DNA of 64,000 bases. It comes from Guillardia theta CCMP2712 (taxonomy: Eukaryota > Protista > Cryptophyta). The notes under the pieces are model-generated. The model searched no databases, was not told the DNA's origin, and was given only the letters and a program-made list of their open reading frames with translations. Positions 41,100 to 54,346 of the stretch are shown here, one piece after another. The position numbers were made by a program, and so were the translations under genes. The stretch's first letter is position 1. The number at the start of each line of letters is the position of its first letter. The stretch is taken from the NCBI RefSeq assembly GCF_000315625.1, contig NW_005434660.1, forward strand, positions 482,711 through 546,710, in the 5' to 3' direction.

Positions 41100-41760
41100 T
41101 TTTTCCGGGCCGGGACTGGAACACTCGGCCGGGCCGCGCCGCGCTACAGGCTACAGCGGTGCCGGCCGGGCACTCAGCGCCGGGCCGGGCAGCCGCGGCC
41201 CGACTCCGGCGAGCCCGGGCCCTCTAAGTCACTTCCGAAGTTCAACGGTTGGCACTGGCTCATCCACGTGACAGCGACTCCCGGAGTCCGCGGCCGGGCT
41301 GCCGCGCTCCCGGTCCCGGGTCCGGCAGTGACGGCACTGCAGGCCGGGCTCGAGCCGAGTCAGCGGCTCTAATCCGCGCCGCCGAGTGACGGTGACGGCC
41401 GCGGGCAGTGACATTGCCCAGCGGCGAACGGCCCGTCCACTGGCCAGGCAGCGCCCCCGCGGCTCACAGAGTCAGCGGCTCGGACTCCTGAGTCTCTCTT
41501 TTAACGTACTAGCCCGGGCCACCTGGCAGAGTCGTACCGTGACTCAGTTTTTAACTTGACTTTGAGTAAAAGCCCTCGTACTGATTTTTGACTTTTAACT
41601 TTGAGTAAACCGGCGTGGCTGATACCTGATCGGAGTACTAGTACTACAGTGAAGCTACCGTACCGTACTACGGTACTACAATCAGTGACCACGGGTCCGA
41701 CCGTCACTAATACCCAGTGAAAGCGATAAAAAGCTTTCAGTGTAGGGGTACTACGGTTCA
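41100..41760. promoter_or_regulatory. GC-rich intergenic island plus GTAC/TTAACT-rich tail upstream of the 41893 gene
   Basis: Same motif vocabulary as the other islands, with TGACTCA at 41540. Confidence 0.45.
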
Positions 41761-41892
41761 GTACCAGCAGTGTACTTTGTAGGGTTCTGAGTCAGTAGTG
41801 ACCAGCCAGGCTCCGAGTAGGCTCGTGGCCCGGTAGGGTGGGACGTCACGGTCGATAGGTGGGGTACTTGAACGTACTGGTGACGAATAATA

Positions 41893-43345
41893 ATGCAAAA
41901 GCCAGCTGGACAATGTCTGAGTTGGTTCGCCATGCTGGCAGCCTGCGCGGTGACGTATGCGAGCACGACAGCTCCTGAGCAGCTTCCTGAGGGAGGGAGA
42001 GCGAGTTGGCTCGTCACAAGAAGCATGCCTTCTGGATCTACGGGACTCCCCGGAAGAAGTTCGCATGAAAAGCAGGCATGCCAAGTTTGTGTATGTGCAA
42101 CTGGTCCACTGACCCCGCACGCGTTTGCGATCTGTTTTCTTCATGTTTGCAAGTCATCCATTGCTACTTAATGATCGTGTCTTGATCTATCGTACGTTTG
42201 ACTGCTTATCTTCACTGCTTCCTGCACCTCAGTGCATTTACTGCCATCTGACACACATCTCCTTTATCCAGTCCTTGCGCTACCTGGTACAAGGCTCTTG
42301 CAACCAGACGTGCGGAGCCAAAGCTGTAACCTGCTGGTGCGACGAACTGTGCCATAGTTTTGGAGACTGTTGTCCCGACAAGTGCCTGTACTGCTTCAAC
42401 CCCTTGTGCTCAAACTCCTCCGCCTCCGCCATGGTGGACAACTCGACTCACAGTCCTCCGACCGTTCCAGTATGCGGAGACGGTGTAATCTCCGGCTCTG
42501 AAGTGTGCGACGACGGCAACACTGTCGACGGAGACGCATGCTCTGCTGACTGCTCTACTGTGAATGACATGACCTACGATTGCTCCGACCCCATCTTCTC
42601 CGGCATACAGCTCGACTACTCCGTCGACAATCTCCGCCATTGTGAGCTCTGCTTCGACGTCCTGTACGATCAAGGCAACGTTGACGCCAACGTCGAGCGG
42701 TGCAAGAGCAGAGAGTACCTTGTGCTGGCTGCCATGCCTGTCGGAGAGTCCCCCAACGTGATCGGAAGCAATCTCACACTCGCCGCCATCTTCAGATCCA
42801 GCAACTTCAACAAGACCACCAGCAAATATGAGGCGGTAGGACCTGAGTTCGGAACGTGGAGGTACTGGGTCAACCAATGGAGCATGGGTTTTGCTCCATC
42901 CAGTCAGATCCAGTTGATGTCTGCAGACGTTTGGCACTCCAATTACAATCCCAGCGACCCCGCCTCGTCTGACTGCAAGTACAGGCTGAGCTGGCACTGG
43001 AACTATGGAGGCTGGCGGGTAGGATGTACAACAGGGCTCAACTTTGACGAGCAATGGCGCAAGCAGATGTACTCTTGCCCGCAGTCTTGGTCCTGCAGGC
43101 CGAGGAAGCAGAAGTGTGTCCTGACGGCGACATGGGACGAGATTGTGCATGAGCTCACGACCCATACGGGCAGATTCGTAGCAGGAGGTCTCGGGTACTT
43201 GATGGAGCGAGGAGTGAGAGAGACGTGGCTGTGCCAGTACGGACACGAGTGTGCCCCTAAGGGAGACGCCATGTGCTTCATGTACAACGAGGAGACGAAG
43301 AGCTTCGAGGTGTGGGACCTCCTCTCAGTGTTGAAGCTCTTGTGA
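41893..43345 (+). CDS. Secreted cysteine-rich protein with somatomedin-B domain and Myxococcus-type Cys-rich repeat (DUF4215-like)
   Basis: Signal-like WFAMLAACAVTYAS. GSCNQTCG...CWCDELCHSFGDCCPDK is SMB. VCGDGVISGSEVCDDGNTVDGDACSADCS is the Cys-rich repeat. A Trp-rich domain follows (RLSWHWNYGGWRVG). Confidence 0.82.
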
Positions 43346-44025
43346 TGACAGCGAGGAAATGAAGGTCATGTTTGTCTTCCCGTCTTGTTGGTTCTGGTAA
43401 CTTCGTATGTGTGCTTTTGTGTGTGTAAAACCGATCAGCCTTGCTGTAGCAGAATTTCCTGTTGATGATATTGACATGTCTGCATTTTTGGAGTCGGTGA
43501 TCAAGATTGCAAACTAATACAAATATCAAACAAATTTGACTTACACATTCTCAAACAACACTTGGGAAACTGATTTTCATGGACAGAATATGTTGATTCC
43601 ACATAGATTCCCAAAACGAATGAAATACACTTCCACGAGTTTCATTCCAAGCATGTGACAAAGAGAATCAAATAGATTGTCATGGAGATTTATTCCAAAT
43701 GATGCTACAAGATCGCATCGGTAAGTACAGGGAGTAAGTATCTGAAAAATGTGGTGCCGAACGATTTGACTGAAAGATATTTTGCCAATTCTCTTGGTTC
43801 CTCTTACGAAATGAATATGTTTGAATAGCTTGTAAGTGAATGCTCACAGATGATTCTCTGGTCAGAGATCGTTTGCTGATGATTGCTTGTTCTTGTCGGT
43901 CATTGCTCGGATTGACTGTTGATGGGGCTGGATAGTATGTAAGTACATAAGGAACTTTGATATGAAACAAGCGCCCAGAGAATCAATTTGCTGACATGAT
44001 TTCTTACTTTTGCCGGGTTGCTAGG

Positions 44026-44113
44026 AGCGAGGTGGACGAGGTCGTGCTGGTCGGCAGTTCGACTCGCATCCCCAAGATCCAGTCTCTGCTGCAGGACTGC
44101 TTTAATGGCAAAA
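44026..44113 (+). pseudogene. Isolated Hsp70 fragment
   Basis: Translates [29 protein letters not shown], matching Hsp70 signature 3 ([14 protein letters not shown]) with G>S. No other Hsp70 sequence was seen nearby. Confidence 0.85.
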
Positions 44114-45075
44114 GCAAGGTTCTCTCTCCTTAGGACTATTGCCCACTCGAACTCTGCCTTCTACACTCGTTATCGTCCTGGCTGAGGCCTGCATCCTGCG
44201 AAACCGAGCAATACCTTTCACAGACATGTCCATACGCCAGTGAAGTCACACAACGGATCTCTTGACGACATCTCCTCAGCCTTGCGTAGAGCTTCTTCGC
44301 GACGTCTGGTGTGTTGTGGATTCTTTTTTACACTGCTACTGATTGTATGTTTGTCTTCGAGCATATCCGAACCAAGGCTCCTCAACATAGCTCCACCAAC
44401 AGATACTCAGAAACCTCCATGGAAAAGCTCTGACTGAGAGCGGGATGAGCGCGTTCAGGAGACGGAATACGGGGACAGTCGGACCTTTCTTTTCATCTTC
44501 CACGTCCTCAGCTGCTTCGACAGCATTTCGCTCAGCCAGGTCTTGACGTTCTCCTCACAGGAGCTTTGCGGCACAACTCCTTGTCTGGCATGTCACTAGC
44601 CTGATTGACCATGTCTGAGTCTGCCATGGCGCTTCTCATGCTGCTTGGACATGAAGCATGATGTGTCTGGACGGCATCCATCATTGAAGCCACTGTCGCT
44701 AGGATTTCCATATTTCAAGGTCATTTTGAAACCTTACTATGTAACTTCAACAATACATAGAAAATATTATTATTGTTTGCTGCAGTTTTCGTTTTGAATG
44801 ATTAGAAATGCATGTAGGGGTACTTGACATATGTTTCAGGGGTATGGGTGGGGGGTAGTGGAATTCCAGTAGCGGTATTTGATTTTGATTTTCGAGCAGG
44901 CGTGTAGCAACGTTGGAACCGCTCTGACACATGGAGCTGTGGAGGAAGGCAGGACAAGAGCAGCAGGCAGTGTGAGCTCGAGACCTTCCTTGCTGTCTTC
45001 CCCATCAGTGAAGGAGACTGAAAGAAAGAGAGAAGGAGAAACATAGAGGAAGGGAGGTGGTAACGAGGACCGATC

Positions 45076-48000
45076 ATGTTCCTGCGTTCAGCAGCTCACC
45101 GAACTCAAGCAGCTTCAGCTCGTCCTGGCAGTCAGGGCAAGGCAGAGATGACATGCAATGACAGCGAAAACACTCCTCCTCTCCGTAGCGTTGACTCCAA
45201 GATGAACTCAAACGTAGCGGAGAAGCGCAAGATGTGGGAGGCTAGCCGTACAGAAACCGAGAGCAGGAGCACGCGCCCCAAGAAGGAAGTTGGTGGCAGC
45301 CGAACGTTCAAACCCCTCAAAGGCTCGTCGTCAAGCTCCACAGACATGAACTTGTGCACACTGCTCAACACCAGGATAGAAGCGACGAAGCAGGAGAAGG
45401 GCAAGGTCATTGCAGAGCAGCAAGCTTACATTTTAAGGTTGAAAGAAGCGCTGATTGCCCTCACCCAAGGAGCAGCTAACAATCAGAGGCATCAGCAGAG
45501 CACGATCCAGGTCCAACAGGCCGAATCCTCCTCCTCCTCCCTCCGATTCTCCCTGCAGGAAGGGCTCCATCAGATGCTCCACGACTTGGACCAGCTGAAC
45601 CACATGGTCAGCGACGCCTCTGAGCTCAGTCTGTCGACGAGCGACGTCTTGGAAGCAAGTGAGCATGTAGAAGTGGAGCAAACGGGCGCTCCTGGGGTCC
45701 AGGTGGAGAGCACCGGCTGCTCGGAGGTGCAGGAGGAAGCGACCGGGGCAGCCGAGAGTGCGGAGCAGGATGTCTGCGGAAGGGAGGAGCTGGCAGACGT
45801 GATGAGCAGCAGGGAGGCAGAGATCATCGAGCTGAAGAGAGAGATCAGCAGGATGCAGGTTGTGATGGAGGGAGACGCTGCCTGGCACGACAGGCAGCTG
45901 AAGGAGCTCAAGGAGTCCAAGGCTAGAGAGATCGGGCAGCTCAACAATCAGCTCCTGGACCTGCAGGACAGCCTTGTGGCCCTGCAGGAGCAGCTGGAGG
46001 CGGAACAGAGCAGAGCCAACGCGCTGCAGGGGGAGCTGGAGGAGGCTGGGAGGAAGGAGGAACGAATCTCGTCTTTGAACTCGAGGATCGCTGACTTGGA
46101 GGAGCGAGTGAAGAAGGCGAGGGACGCGGAGGGAGTCAAGGAAGTGCAGCAGAGTGAAGTGCTGCAGTCCTGCAGGAGGCTGGAGGAGCAGGTGGAGACG
46201 CTGGAGGAGGAGAAGAGGAGGCTGTGTGCAGAGATGGAGAGGACAGCTGGGGAACAGCAGGCGCAGAAAGAACAGATGGAAGAGATGGTGAGGAGGATGG
46301 AAGGGGAGAAGAGGAGGATGGAGGAGGAGAAGAAGAGGCTGGAGGAGGAAAGAGACGAAGCACACTTGTCCTCGAAGAAGCTGTCGGCGGAGGTAGAGGA
46401 GCTGAGGTCCAAGGTGGATGAACTGAACGAGGACATGATTGACTTCGTGGACGAGAGGAAGCGAACTCTGTCGATGCTCAACGCCGAGAAGGAGAAGGAG
46501 GTCGTTGCCAGCAGCGAGCTCAAGGTAGTTGAAGCATTGGGTTTCTGTGCACTGAATCTCCTCCTCCTCCTCCTCCTCCTCCTCCTCCTCCTCCTCCTCC
46601 TCCTCCTCCTCCTCCTCAGTCCCAAGTGTCAAAGATGGAGCAATCGCTGGCCACCCTGGAAGAATCCAATCGGAGCCTCTCGATGCAGAAAGCTGTGATG
46701 GAGTCTCAGGTACTGCGACCCCCTCCTTCCCTTACAGTCTCCTTCTCCTCTACTCTCTCACCAGTCTCCTCCTCTGCTCTCCCTGACTCTTCTTGATCAG
46801 CTGGCCGCCTGCCGAGAGGACGTGGAGAGGAACATCAAGGAGCGTGACGAAGCGAAGCAGGAGGTTGCGAAGCTTCTCTTCGAGAAGGAGATGCTCAATG
46901 CCCGTGTCTCTGAGATGCACGAGGTTCAAACCAAATCTCCTCCCCAAACACAAACGCACATGTACCCTCCCCTCCCCTCCTTTGACACCTTTTCCCCATC
47001 CCTCTGCAGTTTGTTCTGCCTTTCCTTCTCCGTCCTCGTCTTCCTATCTCTTCTTTCTCTTCCTCCTTCTCCCTGATGTGCCTGCAGAGGTCTGAGAAGG
47101 CTGAGGCGGAGCTGAAACGCGAGCTGGAGTCTACCAAGAACTCGCTCTTCCAGCTACAAGTATCAAGCTCTTCCCAAGCTCAGAAGCTCCAGTCGCTCGA
47201 AGCTACTCTAGAGCTCCGCCTGCGAGACCTGCAGGCAGCTCAGGCTCAGTTGGAAAAGGCCCAGCAGGCAAAGTTAGAGGCAACCGAGAAGTTTGCGGTG
47301 CTGGAGGCGGAGTACCGTACGTACAAGAGCGTCTCGCAGAACCCGAGCGAGCTGGCGGACCAGCTGAAGGGGCTGCTGGAGATGGAGAGACAGAAGGCGC
47401 TGGCGCAGACAAAAATCGCGTCAGCTCAGGAAGATGCGGAGGAGAGGAGGAAACAAGTGTCAGAGCTGCAGGAACAGGTCGGGCAGCAGCATGATTGCTT
47501 TTCTTCCTCTCCGCTGTCACAACTTGCTACCCTTTCCCCTCCTCCTCCTCCCCTCTCCTGTTTATGCTCCCGCTATCAGGTCTAACTAGCTCCTTCCAGG
47601 TGTTGACGTTACAGCAGAAGTTGACGGCCACTGAGCAGCAGCGCAAGAAGCTGCACAACGAGCTGCAGGAGCTCAAGGGCAACATCCGCGTGTTCGCCCG
47701 CATCAGGCCGGGGGACAACCAACCCAGCGTGCTCGAGGTGGAGGAGGAGGACTCGCGGATCACGGTGAGGGGAGGGGGAGGAAGTCACGCGTTCAAGGTA
47801 GACAAGGTCTTTCCGCCCCTCTCCTCCCAGGAGCAGGTCTTCAGCGAGGTGTCCGCGTTCGTCCAGAGTGCGCTTGACGGCTACAACGTGTCGCTGTTCG
47901 CCTACGGTCAGACGGGGGCCGGCAAGACGTTCACCATGTTCGGCAGGGGCGAACAGGAGGGAATCATTCCCCGCTCCCTCGCTCAGATCCTGCAGGACGC

Positions 48001-49091
48001 GGAGGAGAAGAGGGGGGATGGCTGGACTGTCGAGCTGAGCGCGTCCTTCCTCGAGATCTACCAGGAGAACATCCGAGACTTGCTCGAGGAGGGCGAAGGC
48101 AAGCAGCACAAGATCGTGCAGGGGCCCCGCGGGAGGATGGAGGTGACGGAGCTGAGGGAGGTGGCGGTGAGCTCGCGAGAAGACCTGGATAGGATCATCA
48201 GGACGGCGGAGGAGCACAAGACCATGGCGAGGACGGAGATGAACGAGCGGTCATCCCGCAGCCACACAGTCTTCATCCTCCGCATCTCGAGCTCCAACGC
48301 CTCCAGCAAGCAGCTCCTGCACGGCACCCTCAACCTCATCGACCTCGCGGGCTCCGAGCGGCTGGACAGGACGCAGGCAGCTGGGGTGCAGCTGAAGGAG
48401 GCGCAGGCGATCAACAAGTCGCTCTCTGCTCTCTCCGACGTCTTCCTTGCCCTGTCCAAGAAGCTTGCGCACGTGCCCTACCGGAACTCGAAGCTCACGT
48501 TCCTCCTCCAGCCCTGCCTGTCCGGAGACGGCAAGGCCCTCGTCGTCACCAACGTCTCCCCCGACCCGAGCTCCTGGCACGAGACCGTGTGCACCCTCCG
48601 CTTCGCCAGCATCGTCAGCTCCTGCGAGCTCGGGAAGGCAACGAGACACGTCAGCAAGATGCAGGCGGACAATGCTGGGGACGCGAGCGGGAAAGAAGAA
48701 GACATGCAGACCCCGGTGAGAGGAGAACCTTGTTTGCTCCTCCATCCTTCGTCTCTCTTCTCTCTCTTCCCCCCCTCCTCTCATCTCATCGCTGCTCTCT
48801 TGTCCTCTCCTCCCCTCTCCTCTCCTGATCCGAGTCTCCTCTCCTCCACTCTACCCTCCCTCTTCCCTCTCATCTCTCCTCCCACCCTCCCTCAGCTGAA
48901 GTTCTGTCTGACAGAGGAAGAAATCCAACGATGTCATGAGGACCAGCTCTTCCAGCATCACTACTCCCCAGCAGGACCGAGATGTTCGACCGTCCTCGGC
49001 CAGCCGCCCTCCTTCTTCCGCCTCCCGTCTTCGAACTCCGTCAGCTTCTCGTCTCCGCCCTCCCAGCGCTTCGACCCCACAGAGACGATGA
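45076..49091 (+). CDS. Kinesin-14 (C-terminal motor, KIFC1/Kar3/Ncd-like)
   Basis: Long coiled coil, neck RKKLHNELQELKGNIRVFARIRP, P-loop AYGQTGAGKT, NERSSRSH, LIDLAGSER and HVPYRNSKLT. Ser/Arg-rich tail exon ends at TGA 49089-49091. Confidence 0.96.
46558..46617 (+). repeat. (CTC)n microsatellite
   Basis: Directly visible, intronic in the kinesin gene. Confidence 0.95.
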
Positions 49092-49397
49092 AGGGAAGGC
49101 GAGGAGCGACGCCGAGAGTTGTGAGATATCTTGTGATGTTTGAAGTTTTGATGTTCACTGTGTTACAAAACTTTTTCTAAACAATAATCCTCCATCGCCT
49201 GTGCCGCACGTTGTCAATCGTTGAACTTCAAATGTTATGAAAACAGGTCAGACCACTGGCAGTCTGCCGGGCCTCCTCGTCACCGTGACGACGGGGCGCT
49301 ATGGCGGGGAATCTAGGGGGTGCTGCATGCCATGGCAGGTTGTCACGAGAAAATTCAAATCAAAGTTTTGGCGGGCAAAGCTAAGTTGCCCCACACC

Positions 49398-49729
49398 ATG
49401 GGCAGGCCCAGGCCTCCAGCCAAAAAAACATGCTCATCATGTCACAGACGAAGAGAGATGACCAGCATTCGAAAGTGGCATGGTGTGCCTTTGTGCACAA
49501 CTTGTGTTGCAAGGTTAAAAAACCACAAGTATTGCAATGATCTTAAGCAGATCTTGCTCTCTAAATGGGATGATGCCTTGGTTTTCAAGCTGTTGGATTT
49601 CTTGCAATGTCGTTGCGAATTGTCCTGAGCAAACCGCACGACCGTGAAGCTTTCAATGCACGGGATGGATCTGATAATGATGTTGAGCCAGAAAATAGCA
49701 CGCAGAAGAACAAACGAAAGCGAGTTTAG
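49398..49729 (+). CDS. Small C4 zinc-finger protein (CX2CX17CX2C), copy 1
   Basis: MGRPRPPAKKTCSSCHRRREMTSIRKWHGVPLCTTCVARL. A putative 41-nt GT-AG intron leads to ...STQKNKRKRV*. Confidence 0.5.
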
Positions 49730-50452
49730 GCTAAATCAGGGCAATGGCATGAAGGATTATCAGGTAATATGCAACGGTTCCGGGGATTGCGCAGCGTTGC
49801 TGGTTGCAAGTCGAAAAAAGAGAAAACGTGTTGTTAAAAATATCGAATACTGCAACGATGACATTCGAATGATTGACACCATGATGAAGATCTCACAAAT
49901 CCCTGATAGGCTCTGGTGGTTTCACGATTGTCATCATTGCACAGGCTGAGTTAACCATCCTTATTACCTGGTCGCCGCCTTGATGGGCTCCACCCTACCC
50001 CTTTCGAACAGTTTCATACATTCCTTTAAATCTTGAAAACTACAGATCTAATCTTTAAATGTTCCAAGGAAAAAGTATTAGTATCTTTTAAAGTTGTCCT
50101 CCGACAGCGTAGGACCCTCTATTCTACTATTTATCGAGCTTGCCTCAGCAAAGCCGGTGCCATGGCGATTTCCTGAAAAAAAAAATACTACCCCACCCCC
50201 ACCAAATAAAGCTGTACCCCTGATATGTAAGGGAAACAAACCGGTACTAGAAGCTTTTAAGAGCTTAATTGCGATTTCCCACCCCTGAGGCACTGCACCC
50301 CCAACCCCTGTTCCTAGGCCTGAAAGTACCGTACCCAAAACTAACCCCAGCGACAATGAACAAGAACATGGCAAACACAGCGAAGAAGGAGGAGGTGCAG
50401 CTGTTCGAGGAATTCATCGCACAAGACCTTCTGGATAACCAAGACGAGATCG

Positions 50453-50900
50453 TCAACGTTCCAATCTCCTCCTTGCTCTCACGCTCTCACACCATTCATT
50501 GCTGTAAATATGTACATGATCTCTGCTACCTCGAAGAATAAATACACACTTAAAATCTCCTCCGGAGTCTCCTCCGTCACGCCTCCATCCCCTCCTTGCT
50601 AAATCCTTTCGCCCCATGTATCCTCTTTCACGCAATGCCTCCAATAGCACTCTCCTGCCCCAATCCCACTCGGGCTCTCGCACCTACTCAACTACTTGCT
50701 CCCACGCCGACTTTCCTGCGCATCCCTGCGCATACGAAAGCATCTCCATCAAGCAAGCCAGCATTCGTTCATCACACTCAGACAATGTCAAAGTAGACAA
50801 ATGATCAACACAATCCTTCAGCTTCGCACTCCTCCTTGCACTCAAAACGTTGGTACATGTTCCCAACATTTACTCCCATCGACTGCATCTCATCGCTCCC
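50453..50900 (-). pseudogene. Degenerate coding-like frame within inverted-repeat arm (mirror copy ~53396-53796 +)
   Basis: ORFs 50684-50869 and 50453-50683 are in the same frame, separated by one TAG, with another in-frame TAA just upstream. Composition is protein-like. No homology recognised. Confidence 0.35.
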
Positions 50901-53295
50901 TACCGCATGCAAAATGTAGAATGTCACATGCAAACTGGATCAAACATCAAGTAAACCTACTTCCCTAATCGTTCTATCCCCAACCTCCATCTTCCCTGTC
51001 CCCACCATGCATGCAAACGAAGTTGTCCAAGTTACACCCTCCTCACCTTCGTATCCCAAGTAGTCATGTTCCAACGCTGTCAGTCCTTGTCTCTCTCCAT
51101 CCTCTTTCTACGTCGCTGTGTCCATGCAATACACTACACAAATGAAGCATTCCTGTCTACAAAAAATCTTGCAGGCCTTCTATTCCCTCCACTGCCACCA
51201 ACTCGCCTTCCTCCACACACCAACACTGTCACGCCCCCTCATACCTCGTCCCCCTACATGCCATGGGCATTCAGCCTTTCCTTCTAGCTCTCAACACCAG
51301 TCTGCTGCATCTGCTCGTTCATCCCTTCACAATCTACCGCAAGCAAGTACAATCCTCTCGATCCTGCCTGCCCAACTTCTGCAGCTTCCAACGCCTCATA
51401 CGATCCCCTTTTCCCTGACCTCTCGCTACTTCGCTCCGTATCCTTTCCCGTCTCATCACAAACAAACAAACAAAACACTCCTGCATTGCTGCCTCCTCCT
51501 CACTCCATCATCACCGATCCTCCTCACCCCGACACCACCCCGTGCCCTCACACCCAAGCATGCTTCATCCCCCCTCATTCGCATTCCAGTCTCCCCTACC
51601 GCCCTTGTCCTCGCTGCCTAGGCCCCGTAGCTACCCAGACATACCGCATGCTCTCTCACCACCACCAAACCACACCAAACCCTCCTCACCCTCCAAAGCA
51701 ACCGACAATGCACCAGCCTCTCTCTTGTCCTACCTCCCTGTTTTGTATCACTCGCGTGCCCCTCCTCCTTCTCGCCCCTCTCCTCTATTCTCTGATCCTA
51801 CACTGCTACCATCCTGCCATCAAAGTCTATCAAAACATAAGGCAGGGTAGACAGCTACAGGCTTCCTGCTCTACTCGAATGCTTGCACTCTTACTTGCTT
51901 GGGCCGCTTCCTTTCAGCCAAACACGCTGCCTTGCAGCGGCCCCTTTCCGCCACACCTCTGCACACCTCGTTCCGCCCACAACCTCAGCATACCCCATCA
52001 AACCTGTCGCTACAGCAGGTGCAGAACCAAAACAGTTTCCCTTCTCCTCAAGCATTTCGAGTCTCAGACACAGCAAAGGGCGAAGCTAGACAGGGAGAGG
52101 AGACGGTGGAGGCAGCATCAAGCACAGAAGAACACACGAGAGCCATGAGAACAACCGCATGCGAACACAACAGCCCTCCTTGTCGCTTCTTCCTGCTTTT
52201 GTCCTATCCTCAATCGCACTCGCAGACGCTCAGCCGCGATCTTGCAGTTGAACTACGCCTTACTATGCCGTCAAACACTATCGATTTTATAAGTTAGGCA
52301 ATAAGTTCAAACCCCAACCCTCGGTAGTCTCACATGCGCCGAAAACGATTCCGCCGTGAACTTCTGGACCCCAAAAATAATAATTGTTGAGCCACAGGGG
52401 TTGAAATCCATGGGTAGACCAAATCGATTCATATGTACCGGTACATTTTACTGTAATTTGACCGGTGTTGTCATAACCCACCCCAACTTTGGCCAAGAAA
52501 TCGCTGAAAAAGCGGTGCCGCTGATCAGCTGCTCACGGAAGAGAAGAGAAGCAGGGATAGACATTAGGGCTGTTGTGTTCGCATGCGGTTGTTCTCATGG
52601 CTCTCATGGGTTCTTCTATGCTTGATGCTGCCTCAACCGTCTCCTCTCCCTGTCTAGCTTCGCCCTTTGCTGTGTCTGAGACTCGAAATGCTTGAGGAGA
52701 AGGGAAACTGTTTTGGTTCTGCACCTACTGTAGCGACAGGTTTGACGGGGTATGCTGAGGTTGTGGGCGGAACGAGGTGTGCAGAGGTGTGGCGGAAAGG
52801 GGCCGCTGCAAGGCAGCGTGTTTGGCTGAAAGGAAGCGGCCCAAGCAAGTAAGAGTGCAAGCATTCGAGTAGAGCAGGAAGCCTGTAGCTGTCTACCCTG
52901 CCTTATGTTTTGATAGACTTTGATGGCAGGATGGTAGCAGTGTAGGATCAGAGAATAGAGGAGAGGGGCGAGAAGGAGGAGGGGCACGCGAGTGATACAA
53001 AACAGGGAGGTAGGACAAGAGAGAGGCTGGTGCATTGTCGGTTGCTTTGGAGGGTGAGGAGGGTTTGGTGTGGTTTGGTGGTGGTGAGAGAGCATGCGGT
53101 ATGTCTGGGTAGCTACGGGGCCTAGGCAGCGAGGACAAGGGCGGTAGGGGAGACTGGAATGCGAATGAGGGGGGATGAAGCATGCTTGGGTGTGAGGGCA
53201 CGGGGTGGTGTCGGGGTGAGGAGGATCGGTGATGATGGAGTGAGGAGGAGGCAGCAATGCAGGAGTGTTTTGTTTGTTTGTTTGTGATGAGACGG

Positions 53296-53395
53296 NNNNN
53301 NNNNNNNNNNNNNNNNNNNNNNNNNNNNNNNNNNNNNNNNNNNNNNNNNNNNNNNNNNNNNNNNNNNNNNNNNNNNNNNNNNNNNNNNNNNNNNN
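53296..53395. other. Assembly gap (100 N)
   Basis: Run of N. It corresponds to ~600 bp of the left arm. Confidence 1.
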
Positions 53396-54346
53396 CCAAC
53401 GTTTTGAGTGCAAGGAGGAGTGCGAAGCTGAAGGATTGTGTTGATCATTTGTCTACTTTGACATTGTCTGAGTGTGATGAACGAATGCTGGCTTGCTTGA
53501 TGGAGATGCTTTCGTATGCGCAGGGATGCGCAGGAAAGTCGGCGTGGGAGCAAGTAGTTGAGTAGGTGCGAGAGCCCGAGTGGGATTGGGGCAGGAGAGT
53601 GCTATTGGAGGCATTGCGTGAAAGAGGATACATGGGGCGAAAGGATTTAGCAAGGAGGGGATGGAGGCGTGACGGAGGAGACTCCGGAGGAGATTTTAAG
53701 TGTGTATTTATTCTTCGAGGTAGCAGAGATCATGTACATATTTACAGCAATGAATGGTGTGAGAGCGTGAGAGCAAGGAGGAGATTGGGACGTTGACGAT
53801 CTCGTCTTGGTTATCCAGAAGGTCTTGTGCGATGAATTCCTCGAACAGCTGCACCTCCTCCTTCTTCGCTGTGTTTGCCATGTTCTTGTTCATTGTCGCT
53901 GGGGTTAGTTTTGGGTACGGTACTTTCAGGCCTAGGAACAGGGGTTGGGGGTGCAGTGCCTCAGGGGTGGGTGGAAATCGCAATTAAGCTCTTAAAAGCT
54001 TCTAGTACCGGTTTGTTTCCCTTACATATCAGGGGTACAGCTTTATTTGGTGGGGGTGGGGTAGTGGTTTTTTTCAGGAAATCGCCATGGCAGCAAGGGC
54101 GGCGACCAGGTTTAAGGGTGATTAACTCAGCCTGTGCAATGATGACAATCGTGAAACCACCAGAGCCTATCAGGGATTTGTGAGATCTTCATCATGGTGT
54201 CAATCATTCGAATGTCATCGTTGCAGTATTCGATATTTTAACAACACGTTTTCTCTTTTTTCGACTTGCAACCAGCAACGCTACGCAATCCCCGGAACCG
54301 TTGCATATTACCTGATAATCCTTTCATCCCATTGCCCTGATTTAGC

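Noticed and set aside
45433-46632. 399-aa Leu/Pro-rich minus-strand ORF
   Set aside because: Antisense of the Glu-rich kinesin coiled coil plus a (CTC)n microsatellite.
51486-52148. 220-aa His/Pro-rich ORF in the repeat arm
   Set aside because: Its composition reflects C-rich strand bias, it lacks a convincing ATG context or domain, and it is conserved in the other arm only because the duplication is recent.
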